Below are positions 27,438-39,450 of a DNA stretch of 64,000 nt, in pieces. Under the pieces are notes generated by a model. That model was not told the origin of the DNA and ran no database searches. It worked only from the letters and a program-made list of their open reading frames with translations. The translations under genes were made by a program, and so were the position numbers. Positions within the stretch are counted from its first letter, which is position 1; each line of letters starts with the position of its first letter. Source of the DNA: Mobula hypostoma (Eukaryota); NCBI RefSeq assembly GCF_963921235.1, contig NC_086097.1, positions 80,726,001 through 80,790,000 of the forward strand. Direction: 5' to 3'.

Positions 27438-27639
27438 CTGTATGTTACCCATTCTTGTTGATAAGTGCCAGCATGCAGGCTTTGCTTGCATGCACAGTCA
27501 AGTGAGAAGCTCCCAGACTTGATCATTGATATTGTTGTAACATCCTTCAGTGCAGTTCGTCACTGGACTCCTGATCTTACAGAAATTGCCTGGTATTCTT
27601 GCTGTGGAATGGGCTCAAGAGCCCACCCAGGGTCTAAAC

Positions 27640-28937
27640 CAGAGGTGGCCGACCTTTTGCATTCCATGCGTCAATTTTTTCACGCACGAGTTCAGATGCG
27701 CCATACAACTCTTGTACCCCCATTCAATTCTTGTAAAAATATGTTAATATAAACATATTTAGCATTTTTACATGATATATCGATTTAATATAAAAACAAG
27801 ATAAACTTTACTTACCTTAGTGAGACTTTTAACAAATATATTTTGTCTTCTTTTGTTTTCTTTTTCAATCTTTTTATTAATTTCATAGATGAAAACATAA
27901 CATAGCAATAATACAAATAGTAGGAGATACATTGTTACACTTAAAATGAGTAATTGTAAGACCAAATAGTATAAATTGACAAAATTGATAAATTGACAAA
28001 ACTCCCAATCATGTAGAATAACAATGAATAATACAAAGCAAAAAAAATCTGAAGAAAAATCATAAAGAAAAAAAATAGAAAAAAAAACAAACCCCAATTT
28101 TTTCCTTTTTCTTCCTTTTTCCTTTTTCTTCTTTTTTCTGATTTCTTCCTTTTTCTTAACCACATGTTCTTTCTGTAACTCAGACCCAAGCACTAGCTTC
28201 AGTTTTCCTTCTATTTCAGTCTGATGTTGATTAAGATCATGCTTTGTAGTGTCTATTATGTGAGAAAGTGTTTTCACAAACAATGCACAACAGTTTTCCT
28301 GATGGACCCGCTATAAATAAGAACTCATCTTCCCACTGTTCGTTGAATTCATGCTTACGATCACTTTCTGCTTTTCTTTTGCCCATTTTCTTTTGCACTG
28401 TGATGGGTAACTGAATGTAAGAACAAGGCTTAATTTTCGAAAAAGTACAAAACGGCAAATGTTCACAAAGGACAAACAAAGCACAACTCCGTAGTGCATG
28501 AGTGTCAATTGTAAATTGACTGGCAAAAACCTGCGACGCACCGCTGGTGCAGATGCCTGGCGCCTCAGGATCAAACAAGTATCAAACATGTATTGAACAG
28601 TTATGGAACGACTGCAGAATAAAAGTCCTTCTTTCCTAGTTTGACTTCTTGAACATTCTTTTAAAATTGAAAACAAATTAATGTGAAAGAAGATAACATT
28701 CGCCAAAAGGTGTGCACGAAATAATAAAATCACTAAAAATAATTGCTAAGTTTTAGACTTATTCTCAGTAAAACCCATTTCTAGCTCTAAGCTACTTGAA
28801 TTCCTGTTATAGATTTTTTTTCTACAAATCGGTTTTTGGTTAATACTTTTTTGCATGAGTAGGCTTACTTTTTTATTATTATCACTGGGGTGCAACACGC
28901 CACTTTTGGCACATGCGCCATAGGTTGGCCATCCCTG
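27640..28937 (-). mobile_element. Non-autonomous hAT transposon with N-terminal transposase (GTF2IRD2/Charlie-like BED finger) remnant
   Basis: TIRs cagaggtggccgacc / ggttggccatccctg and perfect 8-bp TSD GTCTAAAC. MGKRK..FNEQWEDEFLF..CIVC. Confidence 0.92.
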
Positions 28938-30039
28938 GTCTAAACCAAAGAAATAATGCCTGATGATCTTTACTTCATTTTCAAAACTTTTTTTTTTTTA
29001 AAGAGCTTTGAATCTCAGAGATGTTCAGAAATATTTATATGTTCTAAGACTCTCCATAAAAGTGAAGCATTCCATCTCAGACAACATGCAGGCATAGCTA
29101 TTTTTTCCCATCTTCAGAGCAAACATCCCTTCCTGTGATGTGGTAAACAGTACTGCACACATAATCTAACTGCCTTATACAAGGTCTGTTGCTGATAGCA
29201 GATATCAGACAATTGCAATTTCATTGGATCTCTGTGCTCTGCTGCCAACATGTGTAGTCAAACATGCCAAGCTCTTAGCAATTATCACCAGTAGCATAGT
29301 AGCATGCTGATTTGCCCTTGTTACCCTGATGTTCCAAATGATATGAGTTGAAAGGCTAAATGGCCAACACAATTGCAAGAACCACGCAGTCACTTAACAC
29401 ATCTTTTCACCATAACATACTTTGAAAATTATACCACCTAATATTGAAATGGAAAGCAAATGCATTTAGCATCAATTCAGGAACAGTGGATTCTGGTTAA
29501 TTGAGCCATCATTTACTGGGGGCAGCTGCTTATTTGGGACAACTCTGGAAGAATTAAAACTAATGAGAAAATAGCCAGATTTCCTGTCGTTTATTTGGGA
29601 CACTATGCCGACAGTTGCCAAACAGATTCTAGCTACCGTCAGACGTGTGCACTTGTGTGGCCAATAGACTCTACGCCATGCTTAGAGCGAGCAGTTTTTA
29701 AATAGTGTCAGTTACGTGCAATCTGCTTAAAAAGCTGTGATTTTTGTCACAGATAGTTGATGAGAAAGAAGCAGTAAGGCAATTCAGAATTCTTTTGCTC
29801 TTTGTGGTTCCGAGCATTCAGGCTTGGAATGCCAGAAACAGCTGAGAGTGAAAATGAAACGATTTCACTACTTCAACAAGTTTGGAACTACAATGCATTT
29901 GAAATTATCAACAATCATCTTGAATGTTACAATGAGAATGATGATTTGGAGGATGTAATCATCGAAAACTGTGTGAAGGCAGTCCATTATCTGCCCTAGA
30001 TATCTGCGGTGATTTTGTTCATTTACAGCCAATCTAAAG

Positions 30040-30470
30040 AACTCAGCTGCCACCTGGGACTCTAAGGAGCTGTTTGTATCCGACCACAGGCACACCCCAG
30101 TACACTGCTTCAATAGGCTGGCTAAACCAGGTAAGGGCGGCTGGCGGGTCTTATACTCTGTTGAAATATGCCTGTTCTAGCATGCAAAGTCAGCTTGTGG
30201 ACTGGATGGACGAGATCTACAGTAAGATCCAATGGCCAGGAAGGTAGTTCTGCAATGTTCTGTAGAAAATGAAGGGCATAACAAAACAAAGAAGAAGTCA
30301 CAGTAAACCACTGGAACCAAGGAATACCAGTTGTGAAGGCTTTTGTACTACTGGACTCGGATTTCCAAGGTTGAGAGAATAGAACTGCCCTAGTGCAATG
30401 AAGTTTCCATTTTAAAAATTCTTCTTCACAAGTTTCTTGCCATCATCAGATATGATGGACAACCACCAAA
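30040..30470 (+). repeat. Unclassified interspersed repeat, possibly RTE-derived
   Basis: Distinct composition interrupting the MITE. Family resemblance only. Confidence 0.3.
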
Positions 30471-30495
30471 CCAATTATTGGGAATTAATGCACTG

Positions 30496-32882
30496 TGTAC
30501 ATACATCTATTGCTGCTTCTGGACTCATCTTCAGTGATGTTCCTGGAATCATTGGGTGTTTCGGGTCTTACAACATCATACAACCTCCTCCAGGTGACCC
30601 AGCCGGGGCTGATCAGACCCCAGCTTGTGTCCAGATGGCTAGCTACTTATGACTCCATGGCTCCCCTCTTTTGAGCCACAGTCATCCTGAGGCCCTCTCT
30701 GCCGCATCGGTGGTACTGCGGATGGCTCTCCTCTTCCTCTCTCCCTCGATGCCCAAAATGCTGAAGGCTCTAACTAAAGAACAGGCTATGAATCCCCTAC
30801 AACCAACCTCCACTGGGAGACACCTCGCTCTCCATCCAGCCTGCTGACAGCTGCTGACCAGTCCTGCATACTTGGAGAGCTTCCTTTCAAAGGCCTCTTC
30901 CAAGCTATCTTCCCATGGGACTGTCAGCTCCAGCAGCACCACTTGCTTAGTCAACTCAGACACTAGGACAATGTCTGGTCGCAGGGTGGTGGCTGCGATA
31001 TGGTTGGGGAAATTCAGCTGCCCTTCGAGGTCCACCAACAGCTGCCAGTCCCTTGCAGAGGTCAGAATGCCTGCAGATGTTGTTTTGGCAGGTATTGGCT
31101 GCTCCCCAGCTCTCTGACAAAGGCAATGGTCTGCTTGGAGGGTCGGGACCGCTTCGCCCACTCAACTCCTGCGCTGACGGCTTCAGCGATGGTCTTCAGG
31201 ACCTGATCATGCCTCCACCTGTACCGTCCCTCACCAAGTGCCCTTGAGGATGTGCTCCAGGGTTCCTTGCTTGGAGCACAGTGGGCACACAGATGACTCT
31301 GCCTTGCCCCATGTGTGCAGATTTGATGGGCTTGGAAGCACATCGTACACTGCCTGGATGAGAAATTGGATGTGGTGCGGTTCGGCTTTCCAAAGATCAG
31401 ACCAGGTCACTTTCCTCTCAATCGCATTCTCCCATCTTGTCTAAGCTCTCTGTTGCTTCATTTCCACCACCTTGCGGGCTCTCATCTCCTCCACTACTGC
31501 TCTCACCTCCTCCTGAACTAGACGACGTCTTTCCTTCCCTCTGGTGTCCATTTGGGGAGTTGGAAAGGATCCTAGCCCAGCTCGGCCTTGTGTGACCACT
31601 CCCACCAGCCTCCTGTGACGCAACCTCGCCTCTGCCTCCTGAACAGCTTCCTCTGCCCTCCACTTCCTGCCAGTACTTACTTGGATACCTGCTCTAGCCA
31701 CCTTCGGGTCACTTGAGTCCCTATACTGTAGCACTTCTCTGGCTCTTGTTACCTTGAATTCTTCCTCCAAGGATTTGAAGGGCAGTTGCAGTTTGTTGTG
31801 GTGTCCATAGAGTGCGATGCTGCTCAGGCTCTTTGGCAGCCCCAGCCATCTCCTGAGGTGGTTGCTAACCCTCCTCTCTAAGGTTTCGACTGTCGAGATC
31901 AGAACTGCATAGATGAGGAGGGGCCACAGGATTCTGGGAAGAATGCCATGCTGATACACCCAGGCTTTAAACTTCCCAGGTAGGCCAGACTTGTCCACAG
32001 ATTTCAGCCAGCCATCCAACTTGGTGCAGGTCACCTGGATGGATGTTGTGTCCCTTAAAGAGCTGTCAAAAACTTTGCCTAAGCTCTTGACTGGCTTTTC
32101 TGTGATGGTTGGGATGGCTGTGCCTGCGATGCTAAACCGGAACTTGTTCTCCACCTTCCCTTTCCTCAGCACCATTGATCTTGATTTGGCAGGTTTGAAA
32201 TGCATCTGGGTCCACTCCACCAGCTTTTCGAGCCCTTGCAGAATCCTCCGGCAGCCTGGGACTGATTCTGTGTTGACTGCGAGGTCATCCATGAATGCCC
32301 TGATAGGTGGTTGCCGTCGAGCGGAATTCATTCTGGGCCCTCTGCGCTCTGGTTCAGCAGACTTAGTGAGCATGTTCATGGCTAGGGAGAACAGTGTCAC
32401 TGAGATAGTGCACCCTGTGATGATGCCGACCTCCACCTTGTGCCAGGTTGATGTAATTGCTCCTGAGGAGACCCTCATCCTGAACCTGCTGTAATAAGCA
32501 GTGATAAGGTCTCTGATTCTGCTGGGGACGTGATATTTGGTCAGTGTGACCTGCATCAGCTTGTGTGGAATGGAGCCATATGCATTTGCCAGGTTGAGCC
32601 ACAACACTGACAGGTTGTCCTTGTTCTCTCTGGCTTCCCTGATGAGCTGTGTCACCACACCGATGTGCTCCAGACAGCCCGGCATCCCTGAAATGCCACC
32701 CTTCTGGACTGATGTATCAATATAGGTGCTCTTTGCTAGGTAGGTGCACAGCCGGTTAAAAACTGCACTGAAGAAGATCTTCGCCTTGACACACAGCAGG
32801 GAGATGATGCGAAACTGATCTGTCTGGGTGGCATTTTCCTCCTTCGGGATCCACACTCCTTCAGCCACTCTCCACTGTTCAC
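30496..32882 (-). mobile_element. 5'-truncated Hero/R2-like non-LTR retrotransposon (RT, zinc knuckle, restriction-like endonuclease)
   Basis: EGVWIPKEE, QKGG..GCLEH, LANAYGSIPH, GCTIS, FMDD, CPLC..TLEHIL, RYRWRHDQVL and LRPDIVL..ELTVPWE..ERKLSKY. Stop and frameshifts after 31441. Confidence 0.92.
30522..30585 (-). ncRNA. Putative hammerhead ribozyme with permuted (pseudoknotted) strand order in the Hero 3' UTR
   Basis: Minus strand reads GGTTG-TA-TGATGTT-gtaa-GACCC-GAAA-CACCC-aatgattccagg-AACATCA-CTGAAGA-T-GAGTC. All core nucleotides and three stems are present. Confidence 0.65.
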
Positions 32883-33513
32883 CAGAAGAAATTCTGAAGA
32901 TGCTGGAAATCCAAAGACACGCACACAAAATGCTGGAGGATGCAATTTTCTTTCTCAATAAAAGAACCAACCAGATCCCCTCCATCACCACTCTCCTCCG
33001 TCTGGCCAAACTGGTTCTCACCCTCAACAATTTTTCCCTCGGCTCCTCCTATTTTCTCTAGACTTGAGGGGTATCCACAACATCTGCATGAGCCCCAGCT
33101 GTCCCAGCCGTCCCAGCCTTTTAGTTGGCTATGTAACACAGTCCATGTTCCAAGCACTCCCCAGTAATGCTCCCCAACTCTTCCTCCGCTAAATTGACAA
33201 TTGCATTGGTGCTGCCTTATGCACCTTTGCTGAGCTCATCAATTTCATCAACTTTGCCTCTAACTTCCACCCTGCCCTTTAAGTTCACTTGGGCCATTTG
33301 TGACATACACCTTCCCTTTTCTCAGTCTCTCTGTCTCCATCTCTGGAGATAAACTGTTGACCAACATCTTTTAATAAACTTACTGATTCCCACGGGTATC
33401 TTGACTCACTTCTTTCCACTTTGTCTCCTGTAAAAATGCTATTCACTTTTCTCAGTTCCCTTGCCTCTGCTGCATCGGTTCCCAGGATGGTTTTCCTTTC
33501 CAGGACATCAGAG

Positions 33514-36357
33514 AACTCAGAACTCAGAATCAGGTTTATTATCACCGGCATCTGAAGTGAAATTTATTAACATAGCAGCAGCAGTTCAATGCAATACATA
33601 ATCTAGCAGAAAAAAGAATAATAAATAAGTAAATCAATTACAGTATACGTATATTGAATAGATTAAAAATGTGCTAAAACAGAAATACTGTATATTAAAA
33701 AAGAGAGGTAGTGTCCAAAGATTCAATGTCCATTTAGGAATCAGATGGCAGAGGGGAAGAAGCTGTAACAGTGAGAAAACGACATGCTCTGGGTGGTGGA
33801 GTCCTTAATAATTGAAGCTACCTTTCTGAGACACCGCTCCCTGAAAACGTCCTGGGTACTTTGTAGGCAAGTACCCAAGATGGAGCTGACTAGATTTACA
33901 ACCTTCTGCAGCTTCTTTCAGTCCTGTGCAGTTGCCCCTCCATACCAGACAGTGATGCAGCCTGTTGGAATGGTCTACGGTACAACTATAGAAGTTTTTG
34001 AGTATATTTGTTGACATGCCAAATCTCTTCAAACTCCTAAAGAAGTATAGCCACTGTCTTGCCTTCTTTATAACTATATCGATATGTTGGGACCAGGTTA
34101 GGTCCTCAGAGATCTTGACACCCAGGACCTTGAAACTGCTCACTCTCTCCACTTCTGATCTCTCTATGAGGATTGGTATGTGTTCTTTCATCTTACCCTT
34201 CCTGAAGTCCACAATCAGCTCTTTCATCTTACTGACATTGATTGCCAGGTTGTTGCTGTGGCACCACTCCACTAGTTGGCATATCTCACTCCTGTACACC
34301 CTCTCGTCACCACCTGAGATTCTACCAAACATGGTTGTATCGTCAGCAAATTTATAGATGGTGTAGCCCCCTGGTCAGCCTCAGGGTCACTCAGCTCGCT
34401 GTTGCCTAGGACAACAGCCCTCAGCCCCGCCAAACTGGGTAATTAAGTTTGTGTGGATGCTGTGTGATGTACCCCACCCCACCCAAATAACAGACAATAC
34501 ACCAGATACGATTACATGATTTACAGCTTATAGATATTACTGGAACTATATAATTAATAGAGAATAAAATATAAAAGGAAAATAAAAGGTGCCACACTTA
34601 TCAAAGTTCAATCTCTTCGTGCACGAACAGTTGGAGCTCAGGACCCTCCTTCTTCACCCTGTGATCCCCTCGGACCAGCTCGACCTGCCGCCTGGGACCA
34701 ACAACGGTGGTCGACCAGACGCTCCACACGAGTCCGTCTCTGTCTTCTCTCCTCGCTGAACACCCTGGACCTCAGACTCCAGCTCGGGGTCTGACCCCGT
34801 TAGTGGACTCACAGCACCTGGTCCATCCTCTGTCTCTCTCTTCTGCCTTCTGCACAAAAATCCGCATATCACACTAACTTACGGACACACAGAAAGAATA
34901 ACATCTATCCCAATTGGTTTGTTCATCCTCTTATCAGTAACATGATCCAAATAAACTGCTAGCGGGAGGACTTTCTCAGCAGTTAACATAACAAAGAAGC
35001 CATTTCAATTATAACGTAACAAAGAGGCTATTTTAACTAGACTACGCAGTAATATAAAAGAAGAAACCCCTTACAATGGCATTTAAGCTATGCCTAGCCA
35101 CACAGTCATGCATATAGAGATAGTAGAGCAGTGGACTAAGCACACACCGCTGAGGTGCACCAGTGTTGATCGTCAGCAAAGAGGATATGTTATCACCCAT
35201 CCTCACAGATTGTGGTCTTCCGGTTAGGATGTCAAGGATCCAATTGCAGAGAGAGGTACAGATGGCCAGGTTCTGCAACTTCTCAGTCAGGATTGTGGGA
35301 AAGATGGTATTAAATGCTGAGCTATAGTCGATGAACAGCATCCTGACATGGGTGTTTGTGTTGTCTAGGTGGTCGAAAGCCATGTGGAGTGCCATTGAGA
35401 TTGAGTCTGCCATTGACCTACTGTGGTGATAGGCAAATTGCAGTGGGTCTAGGTCTTTGTTGAGGCAGGAGTTCAGTCTAGTCATGACCAACCTCTCAAA
35501 GCATTTTTATCACTGTAGATGTGAGTGTTACTGAGTGATAGTCGTTAAGGCAGCTCACATTATTCTTCTTAGGCACTGGTATAATTGTTGCCTTTTTGAA
35601 ACAAATAGGAACTTCTGCCCGTAGCAGTGAGAGGTAGCAAATGTCCTTGAGTACTCCTGCTAGTTGGCACAGGTTTTCAGAGCCTTACCAGGTACTCCAT
35701 CAGGACCTTCCACTTTACGAGGGTTCACTCTCTTTAAAGACAGCCTAGCATCGGCCTCTGAGATGGAGATCACAGGGTCGTTAGGTGCAGTAGAGATCTT
35801 CACAGCTGTAGTTGTGTCCTCCCTTTCATAGCATGCATAGAAAGTGTTGAGTTCATCTGGTGGTGAAGCATCACTGCCTTTCATTCTATTGGGTTTCGCT
35901 TTGTAAGAAGTAATGTCTTGCAAACCCCGCCAGAGTTGCCATGCTTCCAATGTCACCGGCAACCTCATTTGAAATTGTCTCTTTGCCCTTGAATAGCCTT
36001 CTGCAAATCATACTTGGTGTTTTGGTACAGGCCTGGGTCGCCAGACTTGAATGCCACAGATCCAGCCTTCAGCAGATGACGTACCTCCTGGTTCATCCAT
36101 GGCTTTTGGTTTGGGAATGTACAGTAAGTCTTTGTGGGCACACACTCATCCACACAGGTTTTAATGAAATCAGTAGTAACTACAGCATACATATCCAGAT
36201 TCGAAGATGAATCCCTGAATACAGTCCAGTCCACCGATTCAAAGCAGTCTTGTAGGTGCTCCTGTGCTTCCCTTGTTCGTACCTTCTTGGTCCTCACTAC
36301 TGGTGCTGCAGTCTTTAGTCTCTGCCTATACTCAGGGAGTAGAAGTACAGCTAGGTG
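33514..36357 (-). mobile_element. Rex1/Babar-like LINE containing a solo LTR
   Basis: [28 protein letters not shown] and KFADD, with a (ttctga)-type tail at 33514-33535. Confidence 0.92.
34362..35075. mobile_element. Solo LTR, same family as 3767-4385
   Basis: TGTA...TACA termini with perfect TSD ATGG (34358-34361 / 35076-35079). Splits the Rex RT just before YKFADD. Confidence 0.92.
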
Positions 36358-37509
36358 ATGTCCTCCTTCTTCAACGAATGGGGCGTTCCCTTCCTCACTT
36401 GCTCTTTCTCCATTTTCCATGCTCACCCCATCTTCCCATTGCCTTAACAGTGATAGAGCTCCTCTTGTCCTTACCTTTCACTGTATGAGCCTCTACATCT
36501 AACACATCATTCTCTGTAACTTCTGCCATCTCCAAAGGGATGCTTGCACCATACATATCTTTACCTCCATCCCCCTCTCCGCTTCCTGTAGGGATCACTC
36601 CTTCCGTGATTCCATTGTCCATCCAACCCTCCTATTAATCTCCGCGGCATTTAGTGCTATACCTGCCCATCCACCTCCTCTCTCGCTTCTATTCAGGGCC
36701 CCAAACTATCCTTCCATTTGAGGCAACACTTCACCTGTGAATCTGCTGGAGTTGTCTATTGTGTCCAGAGCTCCTGATGCAACCTCCTCCATATTGGTGA
36801 GACCTGTCATAAATCGGGGGACCACTTTGTCGAGCACCTCTGCTCCATCTGCCAAAAACGGTGGCCAAACGTTTTAATCTGGTTCCAATTCCCATTCCGA
36901 TATGTTGGTCAATGGCCTCCTCTTGTGCTATGATGAGGTTCCCCTCAGGGTGGAGGAATGACACTTTATACTCCCTTTGGGTAGCCTCCATCCTGATGGC
37001 ATGAATATCGATTTCTGCTTCCGGTGAATTTTTTTCTCTCTTCCCCTCTGCTCTTCTTCAATTCCCCACTTTGGCCTCTTACCTTTTCTCACCTGCCTAT
37101 CACTTCTCCCTGGATCCCCTCCTCCTCCCCCTTTTCCTGTGGTCCACTCCCCTCTCCAAACCTTTCCTACCACACCTGGCTTTACCTATCACCTTCCAGC
37201 TATCCTCCTTCCCCTCCCCCCCTTTTTATTCTGGCATCTTCCCCCCTTCCCTTCCAGTCCTGAGAAGATTTTCCGCCCAAAACGTTGGCTGTTCATTTCC
37301 ATGACACACCTGCTGAGTTCCTCCAACATTTTGTGCGTGTTGCAGTTTTACATAACTGTAGTAGTATTGACAGTTTTCTAATTTGTTCTACATTTCATTT
37401 AAATACATAATTCATTACTTAGAAATACATAATATGTTACATAGTTAAACTGTATTTTTTTTTACACCTTTTTAACTATTCTATGAAACTTTGGCCAATT
37501 GGCCACACT

Positions 37510-37640
37510 TCCAATGCCAACATAATATGTCCACAACTCACTAACCATTTATGTACGTCTTTGGAATGAGGGAGGAGACTAGAGCACCCAGAGGAAACCT
37601 CCAGTCACGGGGAGAAACTGACACTGTAAAGCTGTGCTGC
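37510..37640 (-). mobile_element. Degenerate SINE fragment (V-SINE/HE1-like)
   Basis: ggaggagactagagcacccagaggaaacc...cacggggagaa resembles the V-SINE central domain in reverse. Confidence 0.5.
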
Positions 37641-38704
37641 CATGAAATTACAGGAAGTCATACTCAAGGGTATGGTACTTATGCTCTTATGGTAATGCTA
37701 CTCTTTCTCCCATCTTCAGTGTGTCAGCACCAGTTTCTATTATCATCCCCAAAATGTACTCTCTCACATAAAAACATTGATCAATAAATGCTTGTCTCCA
37801 CTAAAAACACATACATAAAAGCAACATATTCTCCTTGATACAAGTATGTGAAAGCAATCAGCATGTGAGGCACTCTTAGCTGCAGCAATATTTGTTAGAG
37901 CCATTGTGTGACACAGAGACAGGCTGACGAAATAGGCCATCAACTCTCATTAAATGAATTGTTCTTCCTCCCTGTGTAAATAAATAAGGACCTCTCATTT
38001 ATTGAACATAAATATGTAATGTGCATTTTGCAAATGATTAGCTTGCTCTTTATGTCTTCATAACAAAATTACAAACACTGATTTATTCTGGTCTTTGTAC
38101 AAATACAGTTTGCGAAGGAGTATTATTTCTAGTACTGTTAAAATAATCTTGTTGGAAATTATGTTATTTGATTTCAGTAATGAATTGGGTCCCTTTCTTA
38201 CACACCATTATTTCTTTTATTTCTCTTCCAAACTGCAAAATATGTACTCAAATTGCTGCTGTAAATCAGACAAATTTACTATTTCTCTGCCTCTCTGCTG
38301 CACAGTTCTTTATATAACCATCATAAAGAATGTCGACAGGTATAATTTAACAAACAGCAAAATAGGATTTGTTTACCTTCACATTAATATCATAAAGCAG
38401 AATAACAATCCATAAAACAATCAAATAAAAAAAGAAACTACACTTTCCTAAATAAAGTAATAAGTAACACGCTCTGGTAAATAAGTTCAAAATTATTATT
38501 TTTGTTTAAATATGAAGTGATCATCAAATATAACACAACACTATTTGCTGAGAATTAGATTTATGAAGTCATCGATGTGCTCTTGGCCATCATGTCCATT
38601 CTGAACTTTTTCTCCATTTACAATAATCCTTGCATTAGGACCATTCTACTCCTTTAAAACATTTGGACACTGGGAGATATATATACACACTCATGTGCCA
38701 GGTT

Positions 38705-38976
38705 ATGGACTTTAGGTTTTGATGTACTCTTGGGGGCTTTTGCTATTGCTTGCATGGTGTGTGGGTGAAAGGTCAGTGCCTCTGCTGGGGCAAGTGGGGG
38801 GTGGGAAGGGGAGGGTCGATGCCTTCTGCTGCTGCTAGTGCGATGGGAGGGTGCAAGGGCAGCTTCCGGTTCTATCATTCATTCTATGGGGTTTCTTGTT
38901 TTGTGGATGTCTGTGAAGAGTAGGAATTTCAGGTTGTATACTGTATGCATTCTTTGATATTAAATTGAACCATTTG
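38705..38976 (+). mobile_element. LINE-type 3' tail fragment
   Basis: gaatttcaggttgtatac...gatattaaattgaaccatttgaa resembles the other Rex-like tails here. Confidence 0.55.
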
Positions 38977-39450
38977 AAAGTGATGAAAATGGTGGTCCAA
39001 TTATGAGTTTTTTGTAGGTAACTTATCTTAGAAAGCTTCTGATATGTTAATCAGGCAATTACTTGCAAAATATGGCTTGATTTTAAGATGGAAGAGGTTT
39101 TATGAAGCTTCAGGAAAGATGCAAGCATTCAGCTTTTGTGAGTATAAGAAGCAGAATCTACTCTGCATGCATTATTGCATGAATTTGAAATATGAGAGAA
39201 AAAGCTGCCTTGAAGTAGGTACAAAGACCAAAGCCCAGCTGGATGAATGGAAGGCCAGAAAGAAAGGAATCAATGCAGATACGAAAACAGAGAATTCATC
39301 AGATGATGTTGAGGATGCAGAAACCAAGAGGAGAGGCCAGATGGTAAAGAGAGCAATAGAACAATTAATAAGAGAATACTCCAGAGAACCAAATGCATCT
39401 TCCCAAGATCAAGTTGCACGAACTAGAAGAAGAAAAAAAAAGAAAAAGAA
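38977..39450 (+). pseudogene. RBM25: Processed pseudogene fragment of RNA-binding motif protein 25 (RRM and following region)
   Basis: KASDMLIRQLLAKYGLILRWKR..ASGKMQAFSFCEYK, KTKAQLDEWKARKK and ETKRRGQMVKRAIEQLIREYSRE match RBM25 as I recall it. Continuous, with no introns and with frameshifts. Confidence 0.92.

Larger units (their letters stand above)
32885..37345 (+). mobile_element. 5'-truncated Penelope-like element (inverted terminal piece, RT, GIY-YIG, hammerhead) split by a Rex-like insertion
   Basis: LLRLAKLVLTLNNFS (RT) and HFTCESAGVVYCV...LLHIGET (GIY-YIG, about 36730-36800). Inverted tail at 32885-32940 and degenerate hammerhead at 37255-37291. Confidence 0.88.
29483..37505. mobile_element. 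Tigger-like MITE split by a nest of retroelements (own sequence about 29483-30035, 30473-30493, 37344-37505)
   Basis: Starts cagtggattctggttaattg and carries the acidic remnant HLECYNENDDLED. Its AT-rich sequence appears to resume at 37344. Confidence 0.55.

Noticed and set aside
27768..28283. 171-aa Lys-rich and hydrophobic ORF
   Set aside because: Transposase remnant reading into a low-complexity A/T tract.
32883..33030. N-terminal extension of the 529-aa Hero RT ORF
   Set aside because: This is read-through into the adjacent Penelope sequence and is not Hero coding sequence.
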